NCBI GenBank assembly: GCA_051530055.1
Contig: CM121341.1
Coordinates: forward strand, 3,214,151-3,278,150
Reading direction: 5' to 3'
From: Neoechinorhynchus agilis
Taxonomy: Eukaryota; Animalia; Acanthocephala
DNA: 64,000 nt
Under the pieces are notes generated by a model. That model worked only from the letters and a program-made list of their open reading frames with translations, was not told the DNA's origin and made no database searches. Position 1 is the first letter of the stretch; the number at the start of each line of letters is the position of its first letter. Positions 23,201 to 35,825 of this stretch are shown one piece after another. The translations under genes and the position numbers were made by a program.

Positions 23201-25103
23201 TAACATTTCCATTGGCTGCGACCCTTCGTGGAATGATGAATTCTGTTTTAAATTAAAGTATTTAGACATTTTTGGGTGCGAATAAATTCCGGTAATTAAG
23301 GCAAACATTGGATTACAAAGACGCCCTTCAGTTTGATATATATGAGGATAAAACTGAAGATAATCAAAAGGAATGGTTAGGATATGTGGCGATTCCAATT
23401 TCATCTTTATTTACCCTTGGGAAGGTATTTCTTAACAAATTTGAGCATTTCTTTGACAAAAAATCACAAGCTTGAGGCAAGATATGAAGTGAACAGTCGA
23501 TTTATCATCTCAAATAAAAGTCCTATTTTCCTCCATGTTTTAGCGGTACTTTACCCGCCAAATAAAATGCCATTGTCTTCACCATATCAGGTCAGGTTGT
23601 TTTTATTTAAAACGGCGAAAGCAATCCAAATGATTCATAGCCATTCAATTTAAATTTAAATGATGAACCGTCATGGGTTTTATCAAAAGCAATAAAGTGG
23701 ATGACTAATGCAGTGCAGCAGTTCAATATTCGTTCATCTCCACTGGTTTTACATTATCCATCAGAACGGTTCATTCTGTTATGCAGACTCATTGAGCCAA
23801 TCGATATTCCTAATGACCTTATAACTGGCGACGATTTGAGCGTTCGTGCTTCAGAATCGGTCGCAAAGTTCGTATCTCTTATTCCATCGTTTCATACGGT
23901 TTTTATTGGGCAGATTTGCGCAGATTCTAAAGTAAGTGAATTTGCTCTTAGCACTAAACCACGCTAACTCCTAGACAACAATAAGTCGCCGATATGGCGA
24001 CGAATTGGACTTGTCGATTGTGTTGAACAATATGCTACTTTCAATTGGTAGACGAGCGTGGATTTTGATTGGATCTTCATTAGCAAAAGGAAGATGCGCT
24101 CACGTCCTAACGATTGAACGAATCAATAACCGAATGGCATTTGGCGTTTGGAATCATCGCACGGGAAAGTGGTTTCCTTCCTCTAATTTTATCAATGATA
24201 CCGTAGGCGTCGATTTTGCAATTAATGAGCACAATGTTTGGCTGAACGTTCAATCGTTGAGAACTGCTAGTAGAATGGGGTTTGAGTTTGATAACCGTAG
24301 TCAATGGATACCTTTGTTCGGTAAAGGAGAAAACATCCCAGGCATCGAGAAATTAATTGGAGCAAATATACCCGAAACATATTATTCAATCATCGACGCT
24401 GAGACAGCAATTGCCACAAAAATTGAGGAAGATACTAAAGACGCAATTGCACGATGGAGAGGTCAAAATGAGACAAATTTTAGCATTCAATATAGAAATG
24501 AAATTCTAGCAATGCTGGAAAAGTAAGTATTTTTGAAAACTAAGTGCTAATTTTGTATATCTTTTGGTAAGAGATTCTCTTTAACAACAGTTTTTATTGC
24601 TCAATAACTGAGTGTTTGGTTCAATACAAATTCCATTCGCTTTAAAGCTGATATTTGTTCAAGAAATACTTTTTACCATTGGTCACTAAATAGCTTTACC
24701 AATATAAAAAAATTTGATTAGATTTTGAGAATGGAGTAAAAACTGCGTTTGATTACGGCTACTCTTTTGCTCCATCAAACACAAAAAAGTCGTCGTCAAG
24801 AGTCAATCTATGTTTTCAAACATCATTGACAAAAAATATAACAATCTTTTTCCTTTTAGACATGAAGATCAACGGATATCGAATGATAAAACATCAACAG
24901 ACTTGAAACTGAGCATAGAAATCGTTGTTTTACACGTAGGTTCATACAATAGAGATGATTTTCTGCGGCAATTAAGGAAAGTATTATACCCATACATGGA
25001 TCGTTTCCAAATGTTCACCATCGTCTCTATGGTTCGTTGCTACAGTTCATTTAATTTTGAATCTGCGTGGCTGGGATGTGGAATGACCAAAGGAAAAGAA
25101 TAA
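20226..25103 (+). CDS. CC2D2A: CC2D2A/MKS6 ciliary transition-zone protein (multi-exon)
   Basis: Coiled coil DRDLFIDVIKKWESL; C2 segments SFVEVSY..GCDPSWNDEF and WLGYVAIPISSL; ESVAKFVSLIP; GDELDLSIVLNNMLLSIGRRAWILIG; WLNVQ. GT-AG introns mostly 41-51 nt; exons near 20790-21090 unresolved. Confidence 0.85.
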
Positions 25104-25112
25104 GTTTATTTG

Positions 25113-27152
25113 TTAAACGGCGAACACTTGTTGACAGTTATAAGAGCGTTGTTCGTAGCTGAACGCTTCTCTGATGAGTTCAAAGAGACAATTGCTTTTT
25201 GTAAAGTCATTATCCACAAGATTCACCAACAAATGATTGTTTCTCATTTTCTCTAGTAGTTGATAAGAATCCGAATGCCGGTCATACACAGCACCCCATC
25301 TCTTCAGCCATATTGAATACGCTTCGTCCCTCCAAATAAGAAAACTTCTTGAGTCAACAACCGTGGGTTGAACTATTTCTCTCCCTGGAAACACTCCCCA
25401 AGTCACTGCAATGGGATGACCGTCCGCATGATTACTATGACTTTCCGACCGATTCTGTCGACAATATGGTAGCTCACTCGTACTCCGTATTGCCTTAAAA
25501 TACACAACATTGAACCCAAGAGTCTAGTTGGCATAAAAAACTCGAGATATGCTTTTTGGTACACGTAACCGTCTGGGGGCCCCCAGCCATGTACTGGGTC
25601 ATTACTGGCTAATCCATTCACATTCGGTTGTGAGTTTATGGTCAATATACCCATTCGATTAATTCGAATGAGTTCATCTGCAATCAACGACGTTTCGGGT
25701 GCGATATGCCGTTCATCTGACCAAGGAAATACCTCTACGCGTGGGAAATACTCATCACCAGGTCGTTGCCCGGCAATGAAACGGACAAACATAGAACGAA
25801 TATCTTTTTCCGTTTTTAGCTCTTCACCCCATTGAACACGTAAACGGTCCTTGTCTTCGCATCTATGATAGCATAAATAGTGGTCATCTATCATGACGGG
25901 TCGGTCGAAGATAGAAGAAAATGAAGCATAATTTGGAACGGTATTAAAGTCTGAACAAAACCTAAAAAATGAGCACCAAAAAATATTTGAAAATGCGGAC
26001 GCGAAAATCAACAATACCGACCCGTCAGTCGACATCTCTGAAACTAGCCAACGATGGATTTCCCCATCGACCATTCGGAAATTGCTCCCAACCTGAAGAT
26101 CTATACATGTAACTTTTTGGTCTGGCCGCCCAGAATATAGGCCGAACCATTTCGTTCATTCGTCTGTCCAACTTAGCCGATTGACGCCAAGGTAAATCCC
26201 GTATTGTCAACGAGCCAATCGAAAGTTCAAGTCGATCTATGAGAGCCGACATGGTCGTTCGACGGTTTAGAGTGCAAAAATGAAGACCAGGAACGAGATT
26301 GCTAGCGATAATTTCGCGACAAAGTTTTGTTGTCAACTCAATTCCAAATCGCTCAACGTTTTCATCGTCAGATTTAAGCGACTCGAGAGTTTTAAGAATA
26401 TCCTGTGGAATTGTGACGCGTGAGTTGTCTATAATTCGCATTATGGAATTATAACTAGTGATTGGTAGAATCGACGGAATTATTGGGCACTTAATACCAA
26501 TCGAACGGCAATCTCTGTAGAAATTAACGAATAAAGATGAGTTGTAGAAGAATTGGGTAAGGACGAAGTCGGCCCCAGCCGCAACCTTAGCTTTCAAATA
26601 TTCAAGGCAATGTCGATAACTTTTCGAATCCGGATGACCCTCTGGGTAACCAGCTACACCAATACAAAACTTATCACCGAATTCCTTTCTCACGAACTTT
26701 ATAAAGTCAACGGTACTTTTGAAGCCATTTCCAGATACTTCGTCCATTCGAGGGGCATCTCCGCGTATAACAAACAGAGTTCGAACTCCATTTTTGACAC
26801 CGGCTTGTAGGCGGGTTTTAGCCCCTTCGACTGTCTCGTTCATCCAACAGACATGAAGGACCGTTTCCACTCCACAGAAATTAACCATCACATTTGCCAT
26901 ATCGATATCAGCCGACGGCGATCGATTGTGACCTGTGGATTGATTAGCACCCTTCGAAACAATGCTGTAGAAGAGAGGACGAGACTTTACAAAGTAATCG
27001 ACCATCCCGATTAAATCCTCCGAACCACTTTCAGTGTATGGAAGGAAAAACTCAAGACTGAACCACGGACGGTGACAGTTTGCATTCCAGGTCATCATCT
27101 CGCTTAGACGGATTGACATTTCGCCACCGTTTGATACGTTTGTAGATGTCAT
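25113..27152 (-). CDS. MTHFR: Methylenetetrahydrofolate reductase (catalytic and SAM-binding domains); two frame anomalies
   Basis: WFSLEFF, RGD, IGVAGYPEGHP, KAKVAAGADFVLTQ, GLHFCTLNR, RPIFW..RPKSY, FPNGRWG, LTINSQP, WGPPDGYVYQKAYLEFF, AVTWGVFPGREIVQPTVVD, LVNLVDNDF. Confidence 0.93.
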
Positions 27153-27527
27153 TTCTGAAGGAGTTGTGAAATTAACTTAGAAATAAAAAACCCGATGATT
27201 GATCACTAATTCTTTATCGAAAAATCGACTTGCATACTCTTACCGTGAAAATTTCATGCTTTCGAAAAACAAATTAACCAGAATTTGATCTATCTAAATG
27301 CTTCGATGCCGAATTCTGCTCTATCACTAAAAATTCTGTGGAAAAATGTTATAAAAATAGAACGCTCCTACTTTTAAAACATTCTTTGAGACATCCGTGT
27401 ATTTGAAAAAGTGCGTTCGTTTGTGAGTCACTCATTTTCCCGAATATTCATTTTGGTTAATGTCACAAGTGAGGCACACCATCAGGCAATAGTTAAAAAA
27501 AGCATTAAAACAAAAAATCAGAGATCT

Positions 27528-28160
27528 TTCTAAATCCGTGATCTTCAACTTTGAGGTCACGACCTCACTCGAGGTCATTTGGCTTTTTCGTTTGAGACGT
27601 CCGTATGATTTAATTTCTTCATTAAAAATGATGCACAACAGCTTTTGATGGCATTTCGCTGTACACCGTAAATATGGCGCTGAATTTCATAAAAGTAGAT
27701 TCAATATTGAGGGAATAATCCTCTTGTGGCGATTCACACCCCGAGAGTCAGTTTTATTTTGTAATATTTCGTGGGCCAAACCTTTTCAAACATTGTCATC
27801 TGAAAAACCGAAACATAGATTGCATTGGCCTATTTCCGGGGTGTGAATCGCCACAAGAGGATTACTTTTCACCCGAAGGTTATCATGAAGGATATTGAGG
27901 GAATAATTGAAGCAACGAACTAATAGACCCATGGACTATAGTTTTCTAAATCCGTGATCTTCAACTTTGAGGTCACGACTTCACTCGAGGTCATTTGGCT
28001 TTTTCGTTTGAGACGTCCGTATGATTTAATTTCTTCATTAAAAATGATGCACAACAGCTTTTGATGGCATTTCGCTGTACACCGTAAATATGGCGCTAAA
28101 TTTCATAAAAGTAGATTCAATATTGAGGGAATAATCCTCTTGTGGCGATTCACACCCCGA
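27528..28160. repeat. ~220-bp direct repeat pair flanking a 149-bp unit with 28-bp inverted repeats
   Basis: 27528-27748 resembles 27942-28160. TAATCCTCTTGTGGCGATTCACACCCCG at 27716-27743 has an exact reverse complement at 27837-27864. Confidence 0.85.
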
Positions 28161-29259
28161 GAATAAGCTGCTAAAAAAATAAATCGTTTGAGGAAGTTTA
28201 GCTCTAGGGGCAACACAATCGCTGTGTCGACTTTTCGTTTTGACAGTCGACGAACAAGCTTAAAAGCCGTTGTTTTTAAGCCTACACTTAAAAACAAGGT
28301 TTTACTATTCGTTTTTGGTAACAGAAACAATTTCAGTAAGAGAATCGACGATCATAAAAAATCATCGTAGACTGCAATCAATAAAAATCCGATGGGTCAA
28401 ATTTCTTAAACACAAAAATCAATAAAACGTACTATTATAATAAAACTAAATATCTTTCAAAAGGGATTATAAATCAGTAAAAACTACGTATTTTTCTTTA
28501 AGTTCTGCAATTCCGCATAAATTCATTATTTAAACCCACAAAAATTAGTGTTGAAAACATTTTTCTCGCTATGTTTCAAAAATCTTTGTACAAAGTTCTG
28601 ATTCGTCACCTGAGTGAAAATATTTTAACTTTAGAACATCAATTTCGGTTATTTTGAGAAATAACAATAAAACTCCGAAATGTAGTTTAGTTACGATACT
28701 TTTTCGTTTTTGCCGTTACAAAATAATTTATAAATAAAAGGACAAACGTCTATCACGTTGAAATCCAGCAAAAAAACGAGTTGCAAACTTTAAACATATT
28801 TTAAGCAAAAAATCGGAATATTTAAATTTATTTTATTTTAAATCCGGTTGTAAACACTTACAAGCAACCTTGTGATAAACGCGTACAAGATTGTGTGCCT
28901 CCGAAACCAATCAGATTTTAAAATAAAATCATCATTTAATTTCTTCGCCAAAAACAACCAATATGAACAGTTCAATCTTTAAACAATTTCAATTTAGATT
29001 CATGGTTTAGTGAGACTAAAAGCATGTACAATATTCAATTCATTATTTCTTTTAATTGTATCTTAAAATTTTCGCTACATGTAAAACAACCACTTTGAGG
29101 ATTCAAAAGCAATATAAAAAACACCAAGAGACCGATAAACCAATTAAAATCATAGGAAGTGTTACCGTTTAACGGAACGTCACATCGACGAAAGAAAAAT
29201 GATGTCAAAGGTCTATTTTCTTAAGTGGTTTCATCTAAAGAGATTTTCGGTGTTAATTT

Positions 29260-29355
29260 GCTGGTGCTTTTCTGCGCAAAAACATTGGTCTCGCGGTAGA
29301 AAAGACGAAACGCAGCGAGTGTGGACGCAACCTCTTCTTCGTGGACGGTAATGAT
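29260..29355 (+). mobile_element. CRE 3'-end remnant
   Basis: AGAFLRKNIGLAV..NAASV; matches the reverse complement of 43025-43140. Confidence 0.7.
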
Positions 29356-30089
29356 TGTTGAAACGTTTTGTTGTTGTGTGTGTAAATGAAAGAGTTGCTT
29401 TCAAAGAAAATTATTAAGAAAATAAATAAAGTTTAAATTGCAATTTTTTTATTAAATATCGATAATTTTGACGAATTATTTTGTCTTGGATTTCGTGGGA
29501 AGATTCTGTCATTTTTTTAACAATTAAGTTTCTAATGGAATTTGTAATTATTAAGATTTTATGAGTGCTTATTAATCGGAAAATCCATACTCATTTTTCA
29601 CAAGTTTATTCCCTTAATTAAAAAGGGGAAAAAATGATGATCCTTGCTGTTCTGATTGTACAAAATATGCCGAAACTTAACACTTCCATTTTCAAGAGTG
29701 CTTATGGAATAAAAGTATGAACAAAAACTATCTTTTTCCTATTTAAATTCAACGAAAACTTTATTTCTTGTTCATTTAAGTGCATTTTTAAAAAAAATTT
29801 ATAATCGTTCACTGTTCTAAATTTTTAAACGAGATCCTTACGTTTTTAAAAATCTAAAAAGATATCTCTTGTTTTATTTAAATCTTGTCATAGTTGTTTC
29901 AAACAAAGTTTTAATATAGGGACATTCTTTGTTGTTGGATATTCAGTGTCGTCGTCAAATTTGTAACCAGGAAAGGGTAAAACACCCATTTTCCGTTCGA
30001 TTGATCAACCCGATATTCCCAAACGAACATACTATCTTACAAGCAATTATTTAACCCAAAACAATCCATAGGACACACAAACTTACTGA

Positions 30090-32160
30090 CGCTCGTACTG
30101 GAGAATGTCTTTTTGCGATCCTACTTCTTCCGGCATCGATGCTACGTCCGCCTCCAAGGTTTCCACAGGTTTGTGTAAGATCTGCTCAAAAGTAGTCAGA
30201 GTCACGAAATTAGGTCTCCTCCATGTTCACGGTCCCCGTTCTTCACGCTGCGAAGGGTCGGACACGTCCCCTGAAGATATCAGCTTCCCCCCCCCCAAAT
30301 TGTGAACTTGACTTTGATTCACAAAATCTTCCCTTAATTGTGAAACTTTTTCGTGTCCTTCCCAATCACGTCCTCAAACGAATTTCTAAAAGCGCCCGGT
30401 ATCAAGTAGGTTCCGCATTTGCGGACCTTTTAAATGAATGTATCTGTAATAATAGCGCAATATTCTGGATGCGTTTGTTCGCCTTCCCTCGACTCGTATT
30501 ATTCGCCGGTGAGTCCTCAGAGGAATCCTTGACATCAATCGTCAAGTCCAGAGTCGCCAACTTCCCGGTGTGCAGCAAGGGGACCCTCTGGGGCCTTTAG
30601 GTTTTGCTCTGACGACAAACAATCTGGCGCAATCTCTTCGATCACCATTCAACGCCTGGTATCTGGATGACGCTACTCTAGGAGGTTCTCCGTCTGAAGT
30701 CCTACAAGATTTAACGGTTCTTTTAGAAGAATGTAAAAAAATTGGCCTCAAACTGAACCCAATCAAGTGCGAAATTTTGGTTTTGAATTGTGGGGACGAG
30801 GAACGCGCACAAATTTTTAGAGAGTTTGAAAAGACCGCACCTAATATCCGACTTATCACCAAGTCCAGCTTAGAACTGCTGGGAAGCTGCGTTCTCGAGG
30901 AGAATATGCAGGCCGAGATCAGGAAAATCAGACCTTCCATTGATCTCATCTGTTCAAGGGCCTCTGAACTTTCCCCTCACGATGCTCTCTTCCTTTTAAA
31001 AAATTGCATCTTCATTCCACGGATCCTCCATAAACTGCGGTCAACCCCTTCCTTTCAATGTCAGCCCGAATTGAGAGAGATTGATGGTTCTTTAAGGGAT
31101 GGTCTATGTAAGATCCTTAATATTAAGCTCCCCGACACTGGCTGGACCCAGGCATCTTTGCCCACAAGCTACGGAGGGATCGGTATTCGTGCCAGCTCAG
31201 CCATTGCGCCTCCAGCCTTTCTATCGTCTCTTAGTAGGTCCAAGCGCCTTTCCAGATTGATTTTGAGACATGATTTTGAGGAGGACATCAGCCTGGAGCC
31301 CGCTCTTCATCTTTGGATGTCCCTGTCTAACCTCGACAAGATTCCAGACCTCCCGGAAAAACAGAAATCGTGGGACATTCCGTTAGTGGAGCGTGTTCAC
31401 ACCTCACTTTTTGACTCGCTCTCCGACGTGGATAGAACGCGATTAACTGCAGTTTCCTGCTAAGAGTCCGGCGCCTGGTTGAAAGCTGTACCATTAGCAA
31501 ATCTCGGTTCGTGATTAGACGGCGAGGCTCTCAGAATCGCAGTGTCTCTGAGGCTCGGGCTCCCGGTTTGTATCCCTCACACCTGCCGATGCGGGACGGA
31601 AGTTGACCCCTCGGGAAGGCACGGATTAGCCTGTAAACGCTCAAGTGGCCGTTTTGATAGACACGCCGAAATAAACGCATTGCTGAGCCGCGCTTTGAAA
31701 ACGGCTAACTCTCCCAATATCCTCGAGCCTAGCAACATCTGCAGGATCGATGGGCGTAGGCCGGATGGCGTTACCGTTTTTCCTTGGAGCAAGGGGAGAT
31801 GTCTAATATGGGACGCAACATGCGTCGACTCCCTTGCAGCCAGCAATCTGCGAGATGCATCCTCCGGGGCTGGGGGAGCCGCATCAGCAGCTGAGCTCCG
31901 TAAGGTTGCAAAATACGCTGATTTTACGAATTCTCATCATTTTGTCCCCTTCGCAGTGGAAACCTTAGGAGCTTTCGGACGTGCGGCGAGGAGTTTTGTT
32001 TTCGAACTGGGGCATCGACTGATCAACTCGACCAATGACAGGAGGGCTCGTTCGTTCCTAGTGCAGAACATATCCTTGGCTATCCAGCGAGGAAACGCAG
32101 CGAGCGTCTTGGGGACGGTGAAGTACGATTGAGAATAATATAGAATAACAAATTAATAAA
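30090..32160 (+). mobile_element. CRE-clade element (second family), internally deleted
   Basis: Zinc finger CKIC..HGP..C; the N-terminal region joins directly to GVQQGDPLG at ~30568; YLDD; CCHC; RPDG..WDATC; several stops. Confidence 0.9.
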
Positions 32161-32473
32161 ATTGTTTTTCGCTACTTTTAGATTTTAAACTAATTGGCGT
32201 AGAATTGCCCCATTTTGTAACAAGCTTCAATGTATTTAAATTTGAGGAAATAGAGTTTAAAACATTGGCACAGCTCGGTCTCTTACTATTTTCAGTGAAT
32301 AAAAAATGTTTTGTTTCACTTTATGGGTAAACATGCTCTTCAAAATTCTAGCTTCACCGAAGCTCTTTTTTTGCGAATTTGAAAATCTTGGCATCAATCC
32401 ATTTTTCGATTTTCTCTAAATGTGTGCAGCCGGTTTTGAATGTTGCAAATCGTAGTATTCTTACTTTTTTCAG

Positions 32474-33089
32474 ATGTTCATGAACTTAACAAAAAAATTT
32501 ATTTCATCGAATTTGGTGAGATTAAAAATTGCTCAAAGGTTTAACTTTGTTCAATGCCCGTCAACAAGTCCAACGGTGAATGGAAAAACGTGGATTTTGG
32601 ACACACCGATTTCAGGGCATCCGCAAATCATATAGATATTGATTTTGTGCTTCAAAAATCAATATCATAATTCCGAAAATCTATCAGCCTATAAATCTAC
32701 CTTCTTTTGATTGTACATCGTTAGATCTACCCTCTCCTTCGAAGTCTAATGTAGAGGCTAAGGTGCGAACAACAAAATTGCGGAATGTTTTAATGTATCG
32801 TAGACGGAGAATGAAGAAGCACAAGAAAAAGAAATGGTTAAAAAAGTACAAATTTGTTCTAAGAAAGGTTATTATGCAAGAAGAAAAAGAGTTGAATGCC
32901 ATCAATGCACTTGAGAAAAGAATCGTGGAAGAGAGAGTCGAAAAGTTTGATCCCATTGAATGGATGGAACGGGAACTTGAAAAGGCGAAATTTGTTGGAT
33001 ACAGAAGCCCTTCGGCTAAGCAAATCGATGAACTAAGAGATCAAATCGATAAATTGCTAAAGTTTTCGCATTTTCGTATGGGCTACTGA
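32474..33089 (+). CDS. AURKAIP1: Mitochondrial small ribosomal protein mS38 (AURKAIP1/COX24 domain)
   Basis: RNVLMYRRRRMKKHKKKKWLKKYKFVLRKV motif. Tentative intron 32576-32687 restores the frame. Confidence 0.7.
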
Positions 33090-34246
33090 TGCGACGGTCT
33101 ACAATTCTTAGCAAGTGTGAAAATCTGGAAATTTCAATGTTTAACACGATTACCTCAAGTCTTAAACCGAAATCATTAGGCTCGGTTCATTCCTTACGTC
33201 TATAAAAAAGTCAAATGTTTTGGGGCATTCTTCATTAAAATATAATTTCAACAATTAGATTTCATAATGCAATCGTGGCCAAAATAGTCTTGATTTGAAA
33301 CGATTTTTCTACCTGTTGCTACGGAATTAGATTATCTTGCCATATGAAAGATATATTGACGCTTAAAACTTTATAAATGAACTGAAATATCAATGACTGC
33401 AATTTTCCGTCTTTGCTTCTATTTACGAATTAAAAAATCACATTAATTTCAAATCATTAAGAAAAGTGTAAACTTTTGAAGAGAATGATTCCTAAAAATT
33501 CCTAAATGCCTTTTGAAGGACATCTAATTATTACCGTCATTCGTTAGAGCGTACCGATAAGCATTATTGTTGGTCTTTGATAACGAGGAGCTAATAACGT
33601 GTTTTCTTAGACTTTTATTTTTTATTCATGTACATTTCTAAAATTCTCAGCAAAAGCAATTCATTGTCAATAAAGGCTATATTTACTTTCTGCTCCTAAT
33701 TTTTTATTCGTATAAACTTGTAGAATGCTTCCGTTTTCAATAAATATGCTATTGGATTCCTACTTTTTGTTATTAATTTATGTTAACCTCTGAGATTTAT
33801 AAAAATAGATCCATTTTCAACTAAGATTTTTAGCTGTAGTTCATTTCCTTTATTCTATATGAACATCTTTTTCATCATAAAATATTTGTTTGCTTGTAGC
33901 AATCAACGCGGTTAATTGGAACAAGGATCTGAGACAATTTAAAAGGTCTTCTTCGTGTAATAGCTTTGAAGCGAATGTTGTCTCAAATATGCGAGAGCAG
34001 TCAACCAATTTCCTCTTGACATCACACTTCCGTCTTTTTAATTAAGAAACAGAATCGTGAAAGATATATGTTTTTAATGGTTTTTTGATTATTCCAGTTA
34101 GAAGATCAAAGCGTAAAAGCAATCATGGTTAAAATTAATCCTTTCGACGCTATTGGCTGTATCATTTCAAATTTGTATATAAACCTTAAGGCCCCACATA
34201 AGCATAAAAACTTTAGCCAACAATTTTGCGTCGAAATTCTTCGCTT

Positions 34247-34958
34247 ATGGACGACAGATATTTAAATTCAACTTATTTGTACAATGGACAATCACAATAT
34301 TACGCCACAAGTTACTACCCGGTGCCTGATTCTTCACTAGTTAAATGTTGTTATCAAGGGTAAGTTTTTGAGCATGTTAGCTTTTTAATTTTTAATCAAA
34401 AGGCACTCAAATAATTCTGCTTGTCGGCAAGAGTTTATGGATCAGTCCGTTCATTGTAAAAACAAAATGCATTTCACTTCACCGCCAGAACATTACTTTA
34501 CAGTTGGGTTCAATCAAGACTGCTATCATCAGCATAACTCGTATGCCTTCAATTATTTAAGCGAAGAATATTCCAGGAATTCTGAGTTAAAAGAGGATCC
34601 ACAAATCAATTGCACCCAACAAAGTGCTATTCTAAATTCATCTCGAAACGACGTTAATGCTTTTATGTTTCCCGATAAAACAAACGTGCCTAGATTTGAA
34701 GAAGGAACCAATATATCCGCCGAGTTCTCTAATGCAAAGGAAAAACTATTTCGGACAAGAAGAACACGCACTAAGTTCAGCCAATCACAACTCGCCTTTC
34801 TCAACGATAAATTTCGATTGGTTCAGCATCCTGATATTAAACAACGTGAAATTTATGCTGCACGAACTGGACTAAGTACCAATTGCATTCTTATATGGTT
34901 CAAAAATCGGAGGGCGAAGGAAAGACGTTACAGGCAGATAAGTAGCGCAAACTGCTAA
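34247..34958 (+). CDS. Divergent paired-like (K50) homeodomain protein, 2 exons
   Basis: Exons 34247-34359 and 34403-34958 with a 43-nt GT-AG intron, in frame. RRTRTKFS..QL..F..HPD..RE..WFKNRRAKERR. Confidence 0.88.
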
Positions 34959-35825
34959 TAAACGACTAATCAACGGTTTTTGCGCAATAAATGTCGTCTG
35001 TGCTCGGGCACATCACAAAATAGATTACGATAATTTTATTTTATTTTTCATGGCTCGCTCGAAATTTGTTAGCCTATGAGATAAATTTCTCCTATGGTTT
35101 ATTAATTTTCAATGAAATTTACCATTCGTTCTTAAGTAATTAAACTTAGCAACTTTACCTCTCGAAAATACTTTTTATTTGCGCAAATGAAGCTGCAGTT
35201 TTTCAAATGCTTTAATATTTTAATTTTTATGTGGATAAACAAAATATTTAAAAAATAAGTAAAAAATTCTGTCAGCATCAAATTTAAAAACGAAACGATC
35301 TTTTAATGTCTTTTAGACGTTCTGTCAATATAAATTTCATAAATAGATAATTATATAATTTTGCCACCGAAGATTATCGCGCATTTTAAAAATTAAAAAG
35401 CGTTGATTTCTGTGGAATAAAATTATGATTAGGACGCGACATTAAATTTAGATCATCAAAAATTGATTTCTTACACAAGAAAATGGAAATCAAAACAAAT
35501 TTAATTAGTCGCATAGTATTTTATAAGAAACTGCAAAATTCTTAAGAAACGAAAAAACACTTGTTATAAGGAAATATTATGTTGGTAGTAATTTTTCAAC
35601 ATACATTTTGCATGTTAATTGAATTTACTTTTAGACTAACTTGAGAAACAACTTTGATAAAGACGCACAAATGTGCCGAAATATCAGAGTCAAAAAATCA
35701 TTTCAATTTTGTTCCATAACTGAACACTTTACAATAATACAAATTAAGAACGTTGTTGGAAATATAAGCAAACGGCAACACACAACCACTTTTTAAATAT
35801 TTTTTAAAATAATAAAAATACCCAC

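Noticed and set aside
32461-32476. Spliced-leader trans-splicing acceptors just before several start codons (TTTTCAG-ATG here, CTCAG-ATG at 39551)
   Set aside because: 5' UTR introns or chance explain them equally well, and several genes lack the pattern. It cannot be tested without cDNA ends.
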